A stretch of DNA of 64,000 nt. Source: Gemmatimonas sp. (GTDB lineage: Bacteria; Gemmatimonadota; Gemmatimonadetes; Gemmatimonadales; Gemmatimonadaceae). Made by a program: the position numbers and the translations under genes. Where the stretch lies: NCBI GenBank assembly GCA_965279375.1, contig OZ257156.1, positions 1,824,001 through 1,888,000 of the forward strand. Reading direction: 5' to 3'. Positions 9,186 through 18,634 of the stretch are shown here, piece after piece. The notes beneath the pieces were generated by a model, which ran no database searches, was not told the origin of the DNA, and saw nothing but the letters and a program-made list of their open reading frames with translations. Every line of letters begins with the position of its first letter. Positions within the stretch are counted from its first letter, which is position 1.

Positions 9186-12100
9186 CTAGCGGCGAACGGG
9201 AGTGGTTAACCGCACGTAGTTCACCTGCAACGCGCTCGCCGATTTCGGCGGGCGCGTTGTGCTTTGTCCCGACGCAAAGAGGCCGAACTTGGCGCCCACC
9301 CACTTGCCTTCACGGGCGGTGAACGGCGTGGATACCTCAACGAAGGGCGCGCCACCTATGCTGTAGGCAAAGCGGCAGACGCCGCCGGCACGTACCTGCA
9401 CGCGCGCGACGACATCGGCCGATGCGAGCGTCTGCAGCACCTCCACGGTCTCAGGGGTGCCCTTGTCTGCATCGCGCACACGTGCCGATACGAGCTGCCA
9501 CGTGGATGGTGTGTCGGGCGCAGGTCGCAGGCCAATCCAGGCATAGTCCAGCCCGAAGACGATCAGCCCAAACGACTCCCCGGCGTTCGCCTTGTTCACG
9601 GACAAGCGCGCGGACACATCGAACGAGTCGGCGAGGAACTTCTGCAGCAGCAGGTTAGGTGCGTCCCACAGGTTGCGCGCCGGCGCCGCCAGCGGCTGTG
9701 CGTTCAAGCGCAGCACACCGCGTGCCGAGTCCATCGCAAACCACTCGGCGCGCGGATTGGCCTGCCATTGCCACTGCAGTCCGATCGTGGACGTGGAGAA
9801 CTCATCGCCGGCCTGCATTGCGAGCGGAGAGGCCGCGGCGCTGTCGCCGATGCGCGGTGTCGTGCCGCGCGAGACAGGTGTGCCCGTTGTGTCGTTCTCG
9901 CTGGCATTGCCGATGACTGGCCAACCGTCAGCGCGCCAACGCATCGGCTGCAGGTGCACAATGCGACCGTACGCGCCCTTGTCCTGAAAGTGCAGAAACC
10001 AGTCGTCGCCGTTGGCCAGCGATACCCACGCACCTTGATGCGGGCCGTTCACGGCAGAGGTCCCCTGGCTCATCACGGTGCGGACGTCATACGGGCCGAG
10101 CGGTGACTTCGCGCGCAGCGCCAACTGCCAGCCCGTAGCCACGCCACCTGCGGGTGCGAAGATCCAGTACCAACCATCCTTCTTGTAGAACTTGGGTCCT
10201 TCGGCGGTGGGGTGATGCACCGAGTCCTGAAAGACGAGCGTGCCGGTGTCGAGCAGCGCGCGTCCGTCCGGTGTCATGCGATGCACCACGAGCCGATGCT
10301 TGATCCCCGAGCGACTGCGGGCGTACGCGTGTACGAGATACGCTTTGCCGTCGTCATCCCACAGCGGCGTGGGATCGATGAGCCCCTTACCCGCCTGCAC
10401 GAGCACGGGCGCACTCCACGCGTCGCGCGGCGTGCGGGCACGTGTCATATAGATGCCGCGATCGGGATCGCCGTAGAAGATCCAGAACCAGCCATCGTGC
10501 TTTCTGATGGACGGTGCCCAGACGCCGTTGCCGTGCTGCGGCGTGTCGAAGGCGGTGTCGGCGAATCTCGGGATCGCGTAGTTGGCGATGGTCCAATGCA
10601 CGAGATCGCGCGAGTGCAGAATGGGGAGCCCGGGCACATGTCCAAAGCTCGACGCGGTCATCCAGAAGTCCTCGCCATCGCGAATGACGTCGGGATCTGA
10701 GTAGTCGGCGGGGAGTACGGGATTGATGAACTCCTCGGTGCGCGCAGCGGCGGATGGTACGACGACCGGCCTTGCCGCGCCGCCGGGGAACGGCACGAGA
10801 CGCGCCTCGCAGCGTCCCAGCTCACCGCTTGCGGATGGGGTGCGTGCGGTTCCGTCGACGGTCACCGTGTTGGGAATCGTCACGTTGCTTCCCGCGCCGA
10901 TGAGATGCAGCGTCGCGTTGCTGCCTTTCACCTTCACCTTGGAGGCGCTGTCGGCGATGACACCGTCGAAGCTGATGTCGAGGCGACGCGTGGCATCGTA
11001 GCCGTCGAGCGTGATCGTGCCGCCGCTGAGCAGGCGCACATGGCGCGCGAGGATGTTGCGGAACTCGGGGATCAGCGTGCCATCGCGTTCGAGTGACGCC
11101 GAGTAGTGCGAGTCCATGTAGATCGGCGCTTTGACGGCGCGGATGCAGACGTTGTCGTATTGCACGTCCTGCACGAGACCTCCGCGACTGCCGTTGGACT
11201 TGATGCGGAGCGCGTTGTCGGTGCCGTCGAACGTGACATCGGTAACGCGGATGGCGCTGGCGCCACCATTGGTCTCGCTGCCAACGGAGACGCCGTGTCC
11301 CGAATAGAAGTGGTTGTGCGCGACCGTGATGTTGCGCGTGGGACCGCTGTTGCCTGCCTTGATGGCGATGTTGTCGTCGCCCGTGTTGATGAACGAATGC
11401 ACAATCGAGACATTCGTCGCGCTCACCGGATCGATGCCGTCGGTGTTGCGCGCACCCTTGGGTGTATTGATCGTCACGCCCCACGCGGTGAAGCCATCGC
11501 CGCGATCGTAGACGACGTGAAAGTTGGGGCCGTTGCGCAGCGTGAGCTTGTAGAGCGTGAAGTCGTTCGTGCGCATCGTCTGCACGAGGCGCGGGCTCTG
11601 CTGACTGAGCGTGGTGTTGCGCGCCTGTTCGGCGAGCTCCCACCACGATGTGTTCGTGCTGCCAATCGCTGCCCAACCGCGACCGTCGATGACCCCGGGA
11701 CCCATGATGCCGCTGTGGTGGGCTCTGTCGGCGGAGATGAGTGGGCGGCAGCCACGTGCGCCAGCGCTCAGGATGCCACAGGCTCCGGGGGTTACGTCAT
11801 ATTGCCGCGGATCACGCGTGGCAAAGAGAATCGCACCGCTGTCGATGACCAGAGTCACGCCTTCGCGCAGCAGTAGTGGCCCACTCACGAAGGCGCGCTG
11901 CGTGCCTGAGGGCGCGAGATGTACCGCGGAGCCCGCCGCGCAGGCATCGATAGCTGCTTGAATGCGTGGTGCATCGCGCGTGACTTCGTCAGCCGGCTGC
12001 ACAGTGGTGTCACCGACCGGCACGACCGTCGCGCGCAGCGTGGCGCAGGCGCGCGGGACGACGGGTTCCTGGACCGTGCGCGTATCCTGTGCGGCGAGTG

Positions 12101-12248
12101 TGCGGGGCAGGCAGAGCAGCACGCTCGACACCAGCGCCGTCGCGAATCGTACTGACGTATCCGCGTGGGTTGTCAGGCGTGACACGCAACGAGCCAGACG
12201 GGCAGACAGATAGTGAGACCGACAGTTAGGCACGGCGAAGCGGGGCAT
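9186..12248 (-). CDS. GH28 endopolygalacturonase fused to GH43 glycosidase (with GH43 C-terminal beta-sandwich)
   Basis: N-half has NTDG, TGDD, GHG and RIK. C-half has NPVLPADYSDPDVIR, WAP, IDP, EGP and PHQG. One uninterrupted frame; start uncertain. Confidence 0.85.
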   Translation of the reverse strand: MPRFAVPNCRSHYLSARLARCVSRLTTHADTSVRFATALVSSVLLCLPRTLAAQDTRTVQEPVVPRACATLRATVVPVGDTTVQPADEVTRDAPRIQAAIDACAAGSAVHLAPSGTQRAFVSGPLLLREGVTLVIDSGAILFATRDPRQYDVTPGACGILSAGARGCRPLISADRAHHSGIMGPGVIDGRGWAAIGSTNTSWWELAEQARNTTLSQQSPRLVQTMRTNDFTLYKLTLRNGPNFHVVYDRGDGFTAWGVTINTPKGARNTDGIDPVSATNVSIVHSFINTGDDNIAIKAGNSGPTRNITVAHNHFYSGHGVSVGSETNGGASAIRVTDVTFDGTDNALRIKSNGSRGGLVQDVQYDNVCIRAVKAPIYMDSHYSASLERDGTLIPEFRNILARHVRLLSGGTITLDGYDATRRLDISFDGVIADSASKVKVKGSNATLHLIGAGSNVTIPNTVTVDGTARTPSASGELGRCEARLVPFPGGAARPVVVPSAAARTEEFINPVLPADYSDPDVIRDGEDFWMTASSFGHVPGLPILHSRDLVHWTIANYAIPRFADTAFDTPQHGNGVWAPSIRKHDGWFWIFYGDPDRGIYMTRARTPRDAWSAPVLVQAGKGLIDPTPLWDDDGKAYLVHAYARSRSGIKHRLVVHRMTPDGRALLDTGTLVFQDSVHHPTAEGPKFYKKDGWYWIFAPAGGVATGWQLALRAKSPLGPYDVRTVMSQGTSAVNGPHQGAWVSLANGDDWFLHFQDKGAYGRIVHLQPMRWRADGWPVIGNASENDTTGTPVSRGTTPRIGDSAAASPLAMQAGDEFSTSTIGLQWQWQANPRAEWFAMDSARGVLRLNAQPLAAPARNLWDAPNLLLQKFLADSFDVSARLSVNKANAGESFGLIVFGLDYAWIGLRPAPDTPSTWQLVSARVRDADKGTPETVEVLQTLASADVVARVQVRAGGVCRFAYSIGGAPFVEVSTPFTAREGKWVGAKFGLFASGQSTTRPPKSASALQVNYVRLTTPVRR

Positions 12249-12274
12249 CAGCGGATGGCAAAGGTCAGAACGGG

Positions 12275-13708
12275 TCACGGCGTGACGCGCGGATGCGTGC
12301 GCGCCCACGTGTCGTACAAGCGAAGGCTCGTTCCGACTTCGGTGCCGTACCACGAGTATCCCGTGCGTCGGTCGGTGAGCAGATCGAAGTCGTAGAGCTT
12401 GATGCCATCACGATTGGAGAAGATCGGGCGGAACGTGTCGATCTCGAGCATGCGTGCCCACACTGGTCCGGCACCGGCAGAGGCCACCAGCCCCACGCCA
12501 CTGACGTATCGCACGTTGGGAATCGCCGTTGCCCGGTAGAACGTCGCGGCGGCGTGCACTGCCTCCACCAGAGCGGCGCTCGGCGCGGGATCTTCCATCA
12601 GAACCTCCATCACGCGTCCGCCTTCCTGGCCGGCGAGCGACGGCAGTTCGTAGGAGCGTCCGGTAGTTGGCACGAGTGTGATCGGATCGTGCTGCTGCCC
12701 CCACGTGGTGCGACTGCCGCGCGCGATCACCTGGCTGGCGAGCAGACAGGAGGTGGCGAGTGCCACTGATGCTGTTGCGCGACTGCGCAGATCCGTGCTC
12801 GCAAACGTGTAGCTGCCCTTGGCGACGTCACGTAGCAGACGCATCACGTTGACGATGGCGTTGTCGTTGTTGGTGGCGGCGTCGTGGTAGGCGCCCATGA
12901 GCGGATACACCTGCGGCCAGCAGCCGGACGGGAACTGCGCTTCCAGCAGATAGTTCACACCGCGGGTGAAGGCCGCACGCGCGATGGTATCGGCGGCGGC
13001 GGCGATGCCGACGAGCCGCAGCTCATTCACCGTCGCGCCGTTGTCGATGGTGCCCACATACGCCCACTCGTCGCTTTCCGAATTGAAGCCGCTGCCCGCG
13101 GTGCGCGGCCCCTTGGCGTAGTCGATGTGCTTTCCCCAACCTCCGGCGGGCGTCTGGTAGGACAGCACCGCACGTAGCAGCGATTGGCCGGGCGCGCTCG
13201 CCACCCACGCCGGTGTCCACGTGGACTGCACGGCGAAGTCGTCCGCGGTGTTGGGCGGTCGGATGACGGCGGTCTGTCCAATCTTCTGGAGCTCGGCCTG
13301 CACGAGGGCTTGGTCAGCTCCCATCCGCTGGCGCGACCGTAGCACGTACGCCGTCCACGCGCCTTGCTGCGCGGTCGGCAGCAGCGTGATCCTATCCGGA
13401 GCGAGCAGGGTGCCCGGGTACGCCGGGATGAGCGGTACCGGCGGCTCGGGGGCAACCGGCGCCGCGGGTGACGCAGGGTCGGCGCTGCAGCCTGCGAGCA
13501 CGACGCCGAGCGCAGCGCCGAGCACCCCGGCGAGAATGCCGGTCCAGCGACGGCTTCGTTCAGCCCCCGTGCCCTGGAAACAGGCTTTCCCGACGCCGCT
13601 CAACCAGTGCGCGCGGTCCTGTCGGCGCCGCGGAGCATAGGACGGCTCGACAACGTCCTGGGCGCGCCTACGATAGGAGCGAGTCAGTGGAGCGGCGGAG
13701 AGGCGCAT
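12275..13708 (-). CDS. PL10 pectate lyase (PelA family), probable lipoprotein
   Basis: YQTPAGGWGK, TIDNGAT, QFPSGCWPQVYP, NDNA, WGQQHD, RSYE, WAR and RRTGYSWY motifs; LAGC lipobox. Start uncertain (ATG 13708 or TTG 13603). Confidence 0.85.
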   Translation of the reverse strand: MRLSAAPLTRSYRRRAQDVVEPSYAPRRRQDRAHWLSGVGKACFQGTGAERSRRWTGILAGVLGAALGVVLAGCSADPASPAAPVAPEPPVPLIPAYPGTLLAPDRITLLPTAQQGAWTAYVLRSRQRMGADQALVQAELQKIGQTAVIRPPNTADDFAVQSTWTPAWVASAPGQSLLRAVLSYQTPAGGWGKHIDYAKGPRTAGSGFNSESDEWAYVGTIDNGATVNELRLVGIAAAADTIARAAFTRGVNYLLEAQFPSGCWPQVYPLMGAYHDAATNNDNAIVNVMRLLRDVAKGSYTFASTDLRSRATASVALATSCLLASQVIARGSRTTWGQQHDPITLVPTTGRSYELPSLAGQEGGRVMEVLMEDPAPSAALVEAVHAAATFYRATAIPNVRYVSGVGLVASAGAGPVWARMLEIDTFRPIFSNRDGIKLYDFDLLTDRRTGYSWYGTEVGTSLRLYDTWARTHPRVTP

Positions 13709-13769
13709 CGGCGGGGAGGGCGCGACGACTACGAGGTGGTAACGGGGCGCGGGGCATCGGCCCGCGACA

Positions 13770-13790
13770 TTTGTTCTGTGGGCGAACAAT
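13770..13790. promoter_or_regulatory. Putative operator copy 3 (TTTGTTCTGTGGGCGAACAAT) upstream of the PL10 gene
   Basis: Palindrome TTGTTC-N7-GAACAA adjacent to a TTGACT (-35-like) hexamer on the minus strand at 13798-13793. Confidence 0.7.
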
Positions 13791-14100
13791 ACAGTCAACG
13801 CTACGATCCGCCCACGCGAAAAGCAATGCTGTGAATCGGAGGGGGACTGCGGTCGCGCGCCGGGTGACGCGAGGGTCTTGGCGTGTGACGTGCGCCTCGC
13901 TCGGACGGTCGAATGACAGCGAGTCCGGTCGGATCTGCGTTCCATCACGGACGCGGCACGATTTCCGCAGTACCCGACGTCTGTCGCACTGGTGGTCGGC
14001 GGTGGCACCGTGCACCATGAAGCAGCGGGCTCGGCGCGACGCGGCGCACCCCGTAGAGGCACGAACACGGATCTCTCGCCGCGGGATGCGGAGGAGTGCA

Positions 14101-15657
14101 GTGAACGTTCGAGGTAACGCACGACGCATCGGCATCGCCGCAGGGGCCGTCGGGGTTCTGGGTGCGACCTTCGCACTCGGCTCATGGTATGGCGCCGCGC
14201 GCGTACGCGAGCGCGACGAATGGACCGATGGGCGACTGCTCTCCACGGCGATCGATTCGGTTCGGGCCAACGCCCTCGACTCGCTGCCCAGCGAAGAGCT
14301 GGTGCGCCGCGCCGTGACGGGCATGCTGCGCGAGCTGCACGACCCGTACGCCGCGATGCTGCGTACCGAGGGCTATCAGCGCTATCGCGGGTCGCTGCAT
14401 GGTGAAGGCAACGGACTGGGCATGGTGCTGCGTCGACAGGCCGGGGCTGTGAGTGTAGCGCGCGTGGCCACTGGCTCGCCCGCCGCGTCGGCCGACGTGC
14501 GCGCGGGCGATCGGGTGCTGTCCGTCAACGGCGTACTCATTTCCGAAGGCTGGGGACGCGCCAAGGGTGACACGAGCTCGACACCAGCGGACACCGCGCG
14601 CGTGACGCTGTGGCGCGTCTCCACGGGCGACACCGTCTCGGTACGACTGAAGCGTGGCGCTTGGCATGTGCCCGCAGTCAGCGACGCGGCGATTCTGGCC
14701 GACTCGGTGGGGTATGTGCGGCTCAACTCCATCACGTCGCGTTCGGGGGAGGAGTTGGAGACGGCGGTCGAGGCGCTGCAGCGTCGTGGGGCGCGCTCCT
14801 TGCTTCTTGACCTGCGCGGCAACGGCGGCGGTCTCTTCGATGAAGGGGTGCGCATCGCCGGCCTGTTCTTGCCCCGCAACGCCGTGGTCGCATCGCTGGC
14901 CGGACGCGTGGGGAAGCGGGCCGAAGTGCATCGCTCTCCGTCGTCGCGTTGGCCCACGTTGCCGCTGACACTGTTGGTGGATGGTGGTACAGCGAGCGCC
15001 GCCGAAGTGATCGCCGCCGCGTTGCGCGAACACGACCGCGCGCTGTTGGTTGGCACGCCGACCTACGGCAAGGGCGTCGTGCAACGCGTGGTCAGGCTCA
15101 CGCCGGACATCTCGTTGCGCCTGACGACCGCGCGGTGGCTCACGCCGCTGGGCCATGCACTCGAGCGGCGTCAGGGGACGGGCGAGAAAGCACACGGCGG
15201 ACTGTTGCCCGACGTGCTGCTCGACGACGCGGCGCGCATCGATCCGTTCGCGTTGCCCACTGGCTGGTCAGCGCCGGCGTTGCAGGCGGTATCGCGGCTG
15301 GCCGATTCGTTGTCGTTGTTCGCGATACGCGACAAGTGGGAGACGAGTCCCGTTTCGATGCTCGAGGCGCGGCTGCGCATGCGTGCGGCAACGCTCAGCG
15401 CACCGCGGGCTCTCGCGGGTCGTGTGCGCAGCGACTGGGTCAGCGTGGCCACGCGCGTGGCCACGGCGCGCGTGCTGGAGTTGCAGCGCGGCAGCGAGGA
15501 GCTCACGCGCTACAGTGTGCGGACGGATGCAGCGTTGCGCGCAGGAATGGACGTGCTCGCGCCCGGGGCGGACATCGCACACGTGTTGCCGTCGGTACTT
15601 CCCAGCGCAACGATTGCCCGTGGACGACTCGACCTGGCGCGTGCCGGCACTCCGTAG
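14101..15657 (+). CDS. S41 family C-terminal processing peptidase (PDZ + S41)
   Basis: GAGGAG RBS before GTG; N-terminal anchor, LHDPY, PDZ (GLGM..GDRVLSVNG), DLRGNGGG, TASAAE and TYGKG. Confidence 0.88.
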   Translation: MNVRGNARRIGIAAGAVGVLGATFALGSWYGAARVRERDEWTDGRLLSTAIDSVRANALDSLPSEELVRRAVTGMLRELHDPYAAMLRTEGYQRYRGSLHGEGNGLGMVLRRQAGAVSVARVATGSPAASADVRAGDRVLSVNGVLISEGWGRAKGDTSSTPADTARVTLWRVSTGDTVSVRLKRGAWHVPAVSDAAILADSVGYVRLNSITSRSGEELETAVEALQRRGARSLLLDLRGNGGGLFDEGVRIAGLFLPRNAVVASLAGRVGKRAEVHRSPSSRWPTLPLTLLVDGGTASAAEVIAAALREHDRALLVGTPTYGKGVVQRVVRLTPDISLRLTTARWLTPLGHALERRQGTGEKAHGGLLPDVLLDDAARIDPFALPTGWSAPALQAVSRLADSLSLFAIRDKWETSPVSMLEARLRMRAATLSAPRALAGRVRSDWVSVATRVATARVLELQRGSEELTRYSVRTDAALRAGMDVLAPGADIAHVLPSVLPSATIARGRLDLARAGTP

Positions 15658-16300
15658 AATCGGCGCCGAGCGGCGCGCCGCCATCTTTGCGCTCGCCTTG
15701 CTCGGCGCTTCAGCACCGTTTGGTGGGCGGCTTTCGTCGCAAAGCAGCGCGCGCGGTAGCTCGAAGGCAGCGGCGGCGCAGGAACGAAGCGCCGAGTTGG
15801 CGCGAACGACGCTCGACGGCTGGATTGTCACACGATTTCGTGGCGCGCAGCTGCTGGACGACAGCACCGCAATGCGGCCGCGCGGCACCGATTCCAGCGC
15901 CAAGCCAGCGACCACGATCTATCCGCGCGTGGAGTCGGTGCGCGAGTCGGCAACGGGCGACACCCTCCTCGCGCTGCACTTTGGCACCCAGGCGGGATTG
16001 GTCCCGCTGCGCGATCTCGCCACAGTGCGTCTGAGTGCGTCGAGTGGCGCCATCACCGCGCAGGAGGCGCGAATCGTGACGCGTCGCGCCTTTCGTGCGC
16101 CACGACTGCCAAAAGCCCGGTACGACGACGCGGCCGCGTGGCGATATGGTTGGGCATACGTGTTGGTCACGCGCGCCCGCCGACCATCGCAGGGGTTTCG
16201 CGGATGGCTCCTGCTGACGCTCCCCGATTCCGTTCCGGTGCGAACTCCTTCGCGAACCCCCGTTCGCCGGCCCAGCACGGCGAAACTGCGCACGCGATAG
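15641..16300 (+). CDS. Hypothetical exported protein
   Basis: GTG overlapping the end of the S41 gene; signal-peptide-like N-terminus; fills the operon gap. No family recognised. Confidence 0.5.
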   Translation: MPALRRIGAERRAAIFALALLGASAPFGGRLSSQSSARGSSKAAAAQERSAELARTTLDGWIVTRFRGAQLLDDSTAMRPRGTDSSAKPATTIYPRVESVRESATGDTLLALHFGTQAGLVPLRDLATVRLSASSGAITAQEARIVTRRAFRAPRLPKARYDDAAAWRYGWAYVLVTRARRPSQGFRGWLLLTLPDSVPVRTPSRTPVRRPSTAKLRTR

Positions 16301-16427
16301 CGCGGTAGGCAGTGTCACGTCTCGAGTGGGCGCGGGAACGCATCGACGTTGCACTGGGATGAACGTGAGCGGCGTCGGCCGGGTATGCACCGCGATGATT
16401 CCGCTGATGATTACATTCCCGCGCCAT

Positions 16428-18623
16428 ATGCACCGGACTTCCGCAGGTCAGACGCGCTCCGCCGAGTCGGCGCGCCTTCGATGGGTGCGCGCCCGCGCGG
16501 GATGGATTGCCGGCCTTGGCCTCATGCTGTGGAGCGCTTCGGTGCAGGCGCAGGCTAAACAGGTATCTGGCGCGCGCTGGGTGGCGGATCCTGTCGCCGA
16601 TTCGCTGATCGATCGGGCAACGGCGCGTCGCGGGCTGCAGCTCGCCGATTCGACGCTGCTGAGCTATCGCGCCGACGCGCATGGCTTTCTCGCATTTCTC
16701 GCGCAGTTGGGCGAAGGGGTGCTGATTCCGCCGCGCGTTGTGCAGAGCGAAGAGCTGGCGCTGACGATTTCGTGGTGGCAGCCGGGGCAGAGCGCGCAGA
16801 GGCTTGTCGGTCGACGGGACACGACGCTGTTGCCGTCGGAGGTCGGCTACTATCGCGATCGCTACGGCGTGATTCTCGACAATCTGCCTGACCGCATTCG
16901 ATTGGGCGACGGACAGGATGTGCGCGATGTACCGCATCCGTTGGCGGCGAGCGCTAGGTCGCTCTACGAGTTTCAGCGCGGTGGTCAGCTCACGATTCGG
17001 ATTCCCGGGCGCGAGATCGTAGTGGACGAAGTGCGCTTTCGCCCGCGCGACGGGTCAAAGCCCGCCGCTATCGGGTCCGTCTTTCTCGATCACAACTCAG
17101 CGGCGGTCGTGCGTCTCTCGATGACGTTCACCCGCGCCGCGATCATCGACAAGCGCATCGAGACGCTGGTGGTGACGCTCGAAAATGGCTTGGTGCGTGA
17201 GCGCTATTGGTTGCCGCGGAGACAGGAGGTGGAGGTGTCGCGCGGCGCAACGTGGTTGGACATCCCGGCGCGTGGCATCGTTCGCGGCAAGTGGGAAGTG
17301 GCCAACTACGACGTCAACGAGCGCATTCCCGACTCCACCAAGCTGCTGCCGCGCTGGAGCTCGGCGCCGCGAGAAGCACTCAAGGCGCACAAGTTCGAAG
17401 GACGCGTGGTTGATATACTGCCGCCCGACATTCAGGTGGCGAGCAGTGAGGATGTGGTGCATGCGCGCGAGCTGGCCGCGGAAGCGGTGCGCGCGTCGAT
17501 GCTCACGCGGCCTGCGCGCGCGACGGTCTCTGGTCGCGGTATCAGTGACCTCGCGCGGTTCACGCGCGCGGAAGGGTTCGCGCTGGGCGGCGGGCTCGCA
17601 CAGCGCTGGGGCGATGGACTCGTGTTGAGTGGTCGCGCGCGCTACGGTTTCAGCGATCACGAGGTGAAGGGACTCGTCGCCTTCGGACGCGAGCCCGCCT
17701 TCGGACGCACGCCGCTCAAACAGCTGTTCGTGGAGCGCGACTACCGCGATCTCGCGCCCGCCGAACGTGGTGGCGTGACCAACTCGCTTGCGGCGCAGCT
17801 GTTTGGCAGCGACTACACCATGCAGGTGGACACGCGCGCGGTTGGGTTGATGCTGCGTCGGAGCCAGAGCGATCCGTTCACATTGCGTCTGGCGTATGAA
17901 TGGGACCGATCGGTGCGGCTGGCCGCCAAGCCGATCAGCGGCGACTTCGAGCCCGTGCTCGACGCGTGGAAAATGAAAGGTGTGCGCGCGGAATTGCGTG
18001 GTAAGGGTGGATGGGTGGCGAGCAGTCCCACTTCGTGGCGCGGCAACTGGACGCTCGATGCATCGGCGGGATCGTACGGGCCGTACACGGTCAAAGTCCT
18101 CGGGCCCGCGCCCGGAGGCGGAAGGCTTACGCCGGTGCAGGAGCATCCGCTGGTCGTGCGTCTCACCGGCAGTCTGGCGATGGAGCGCGCACTCGGCGGC
18201 GATCGTACGCTCGCCCTGCGATCCGTGGCCAGCTTCTCCGGAGGACGTACGTTGCCGCCACAGTGGATGTCGTTCGCTGGTGGCCCATGGTCGGCGCCGG
18301 GTTATGACTTTGCGTCGTTCGCGACGCGTGCGTACGCCTCGCAGCGTGTGGAGTTCAGGCAGCCGATTCCTGCGCCGTCGATCCCGCTCCCCAAGGGGCT
18401 GCGCGCGCCCGGTCACATCACACTTGCGCCCTTCGTGCAGGCGCTCGCTGTGGCGCCGGGCATTCCGTCGGTCTCGACCCCGGTCGCCGGTGTGTACCCG
18501 TCGGCGGGCGTCGGCGTTCTTTTCTTCTACGATCTGTTGCGCGCGGATGTGGCGCGCGGACTGCGACACGGGCAGTGGCGCTTCTCGATCGACATCGATC
18601 GCAGCTTCTGGGGGATTCTCTGA
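16428..18623 (+). CDS. Putative outer-membrane protein (soluble N-domain plus C-terminal beta-barrel)
   Basis: Signal peptide ending SVQA; C-terminal alternating aromatic strands (YPSAGVGV..LLRADVARGL..WRFSIDI..FWGIL). Start uncertain (16326-16428). Confidence 0.6.
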   Translation: MHRTSAGQTRSAESARLRWVRARAGWIAGLGLMLWSASVQAQAKQVSGARWVADPVADSLIDRATARRGLQLADSTLLSYRADAHGFLAFLAQLGEGVLIPPRVVQSEELALTISWWQPGQSAQRLVGRRDTTLLPSEVGYYRDRYGVILDNLPDRIRLGDGQDVRDVPHPLAASARSLYEFQRGGQLTIRIPGREIVVDEVRFRPRDGSKPAAIGSVFLDHNSAAVVRLSMTFTRAAIIDKRIETLVVTLENGLVRERYWLPRRQEVEVSRGATWLDIPARGIVRGKWEVANYDVNERIPDSTKLLPRWSSAPREALKAHKFEGRVVDILPPDIQVASSEDVVHARELAAEAVRASMLTRPARATVSGRGISDLARFTRAEGFALGGGLAQRWGDGLVLSGRARYGFSDHEVKGLVAFGREPAFGRTPLKQLFVERDYRDLAPAERGGVTNSLAAQLFGSDYTMQVDTRAVGLMLRRSQSDPFTLRLAYEWDRSVRLAAKPISGDFEPVLDAWKMKGVRAELRGKGGWVASSPTSWRGNWTLDASAGSYGPYTVKVLGPAPGGGRLTPVQEHPLVVRLTGSLAMERALGGDRTLALRSVASFSGGRTLPPQWMSFAGGPWSAPGYDFASFATRAYASQRVEFRQPIPAPSIPLPKGLRAPGHITLAPFVQALAVAPGIPSVSTPVAGVYPSAGVGVLFFYDLLRADVARGLRHGQWRFSIDIDRSFWGIL

Positions 18624-18634
18624 GCGCGCCCATA

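Noticed and set aside
13468..14185. Long overlapping N-terminal extensions of the S41 and PL10 ORFs
   Set aside because: Arg-rich non-coding-frame sequence; the RBS at 14091 and the operator at 13770 indicate an intergenic region.
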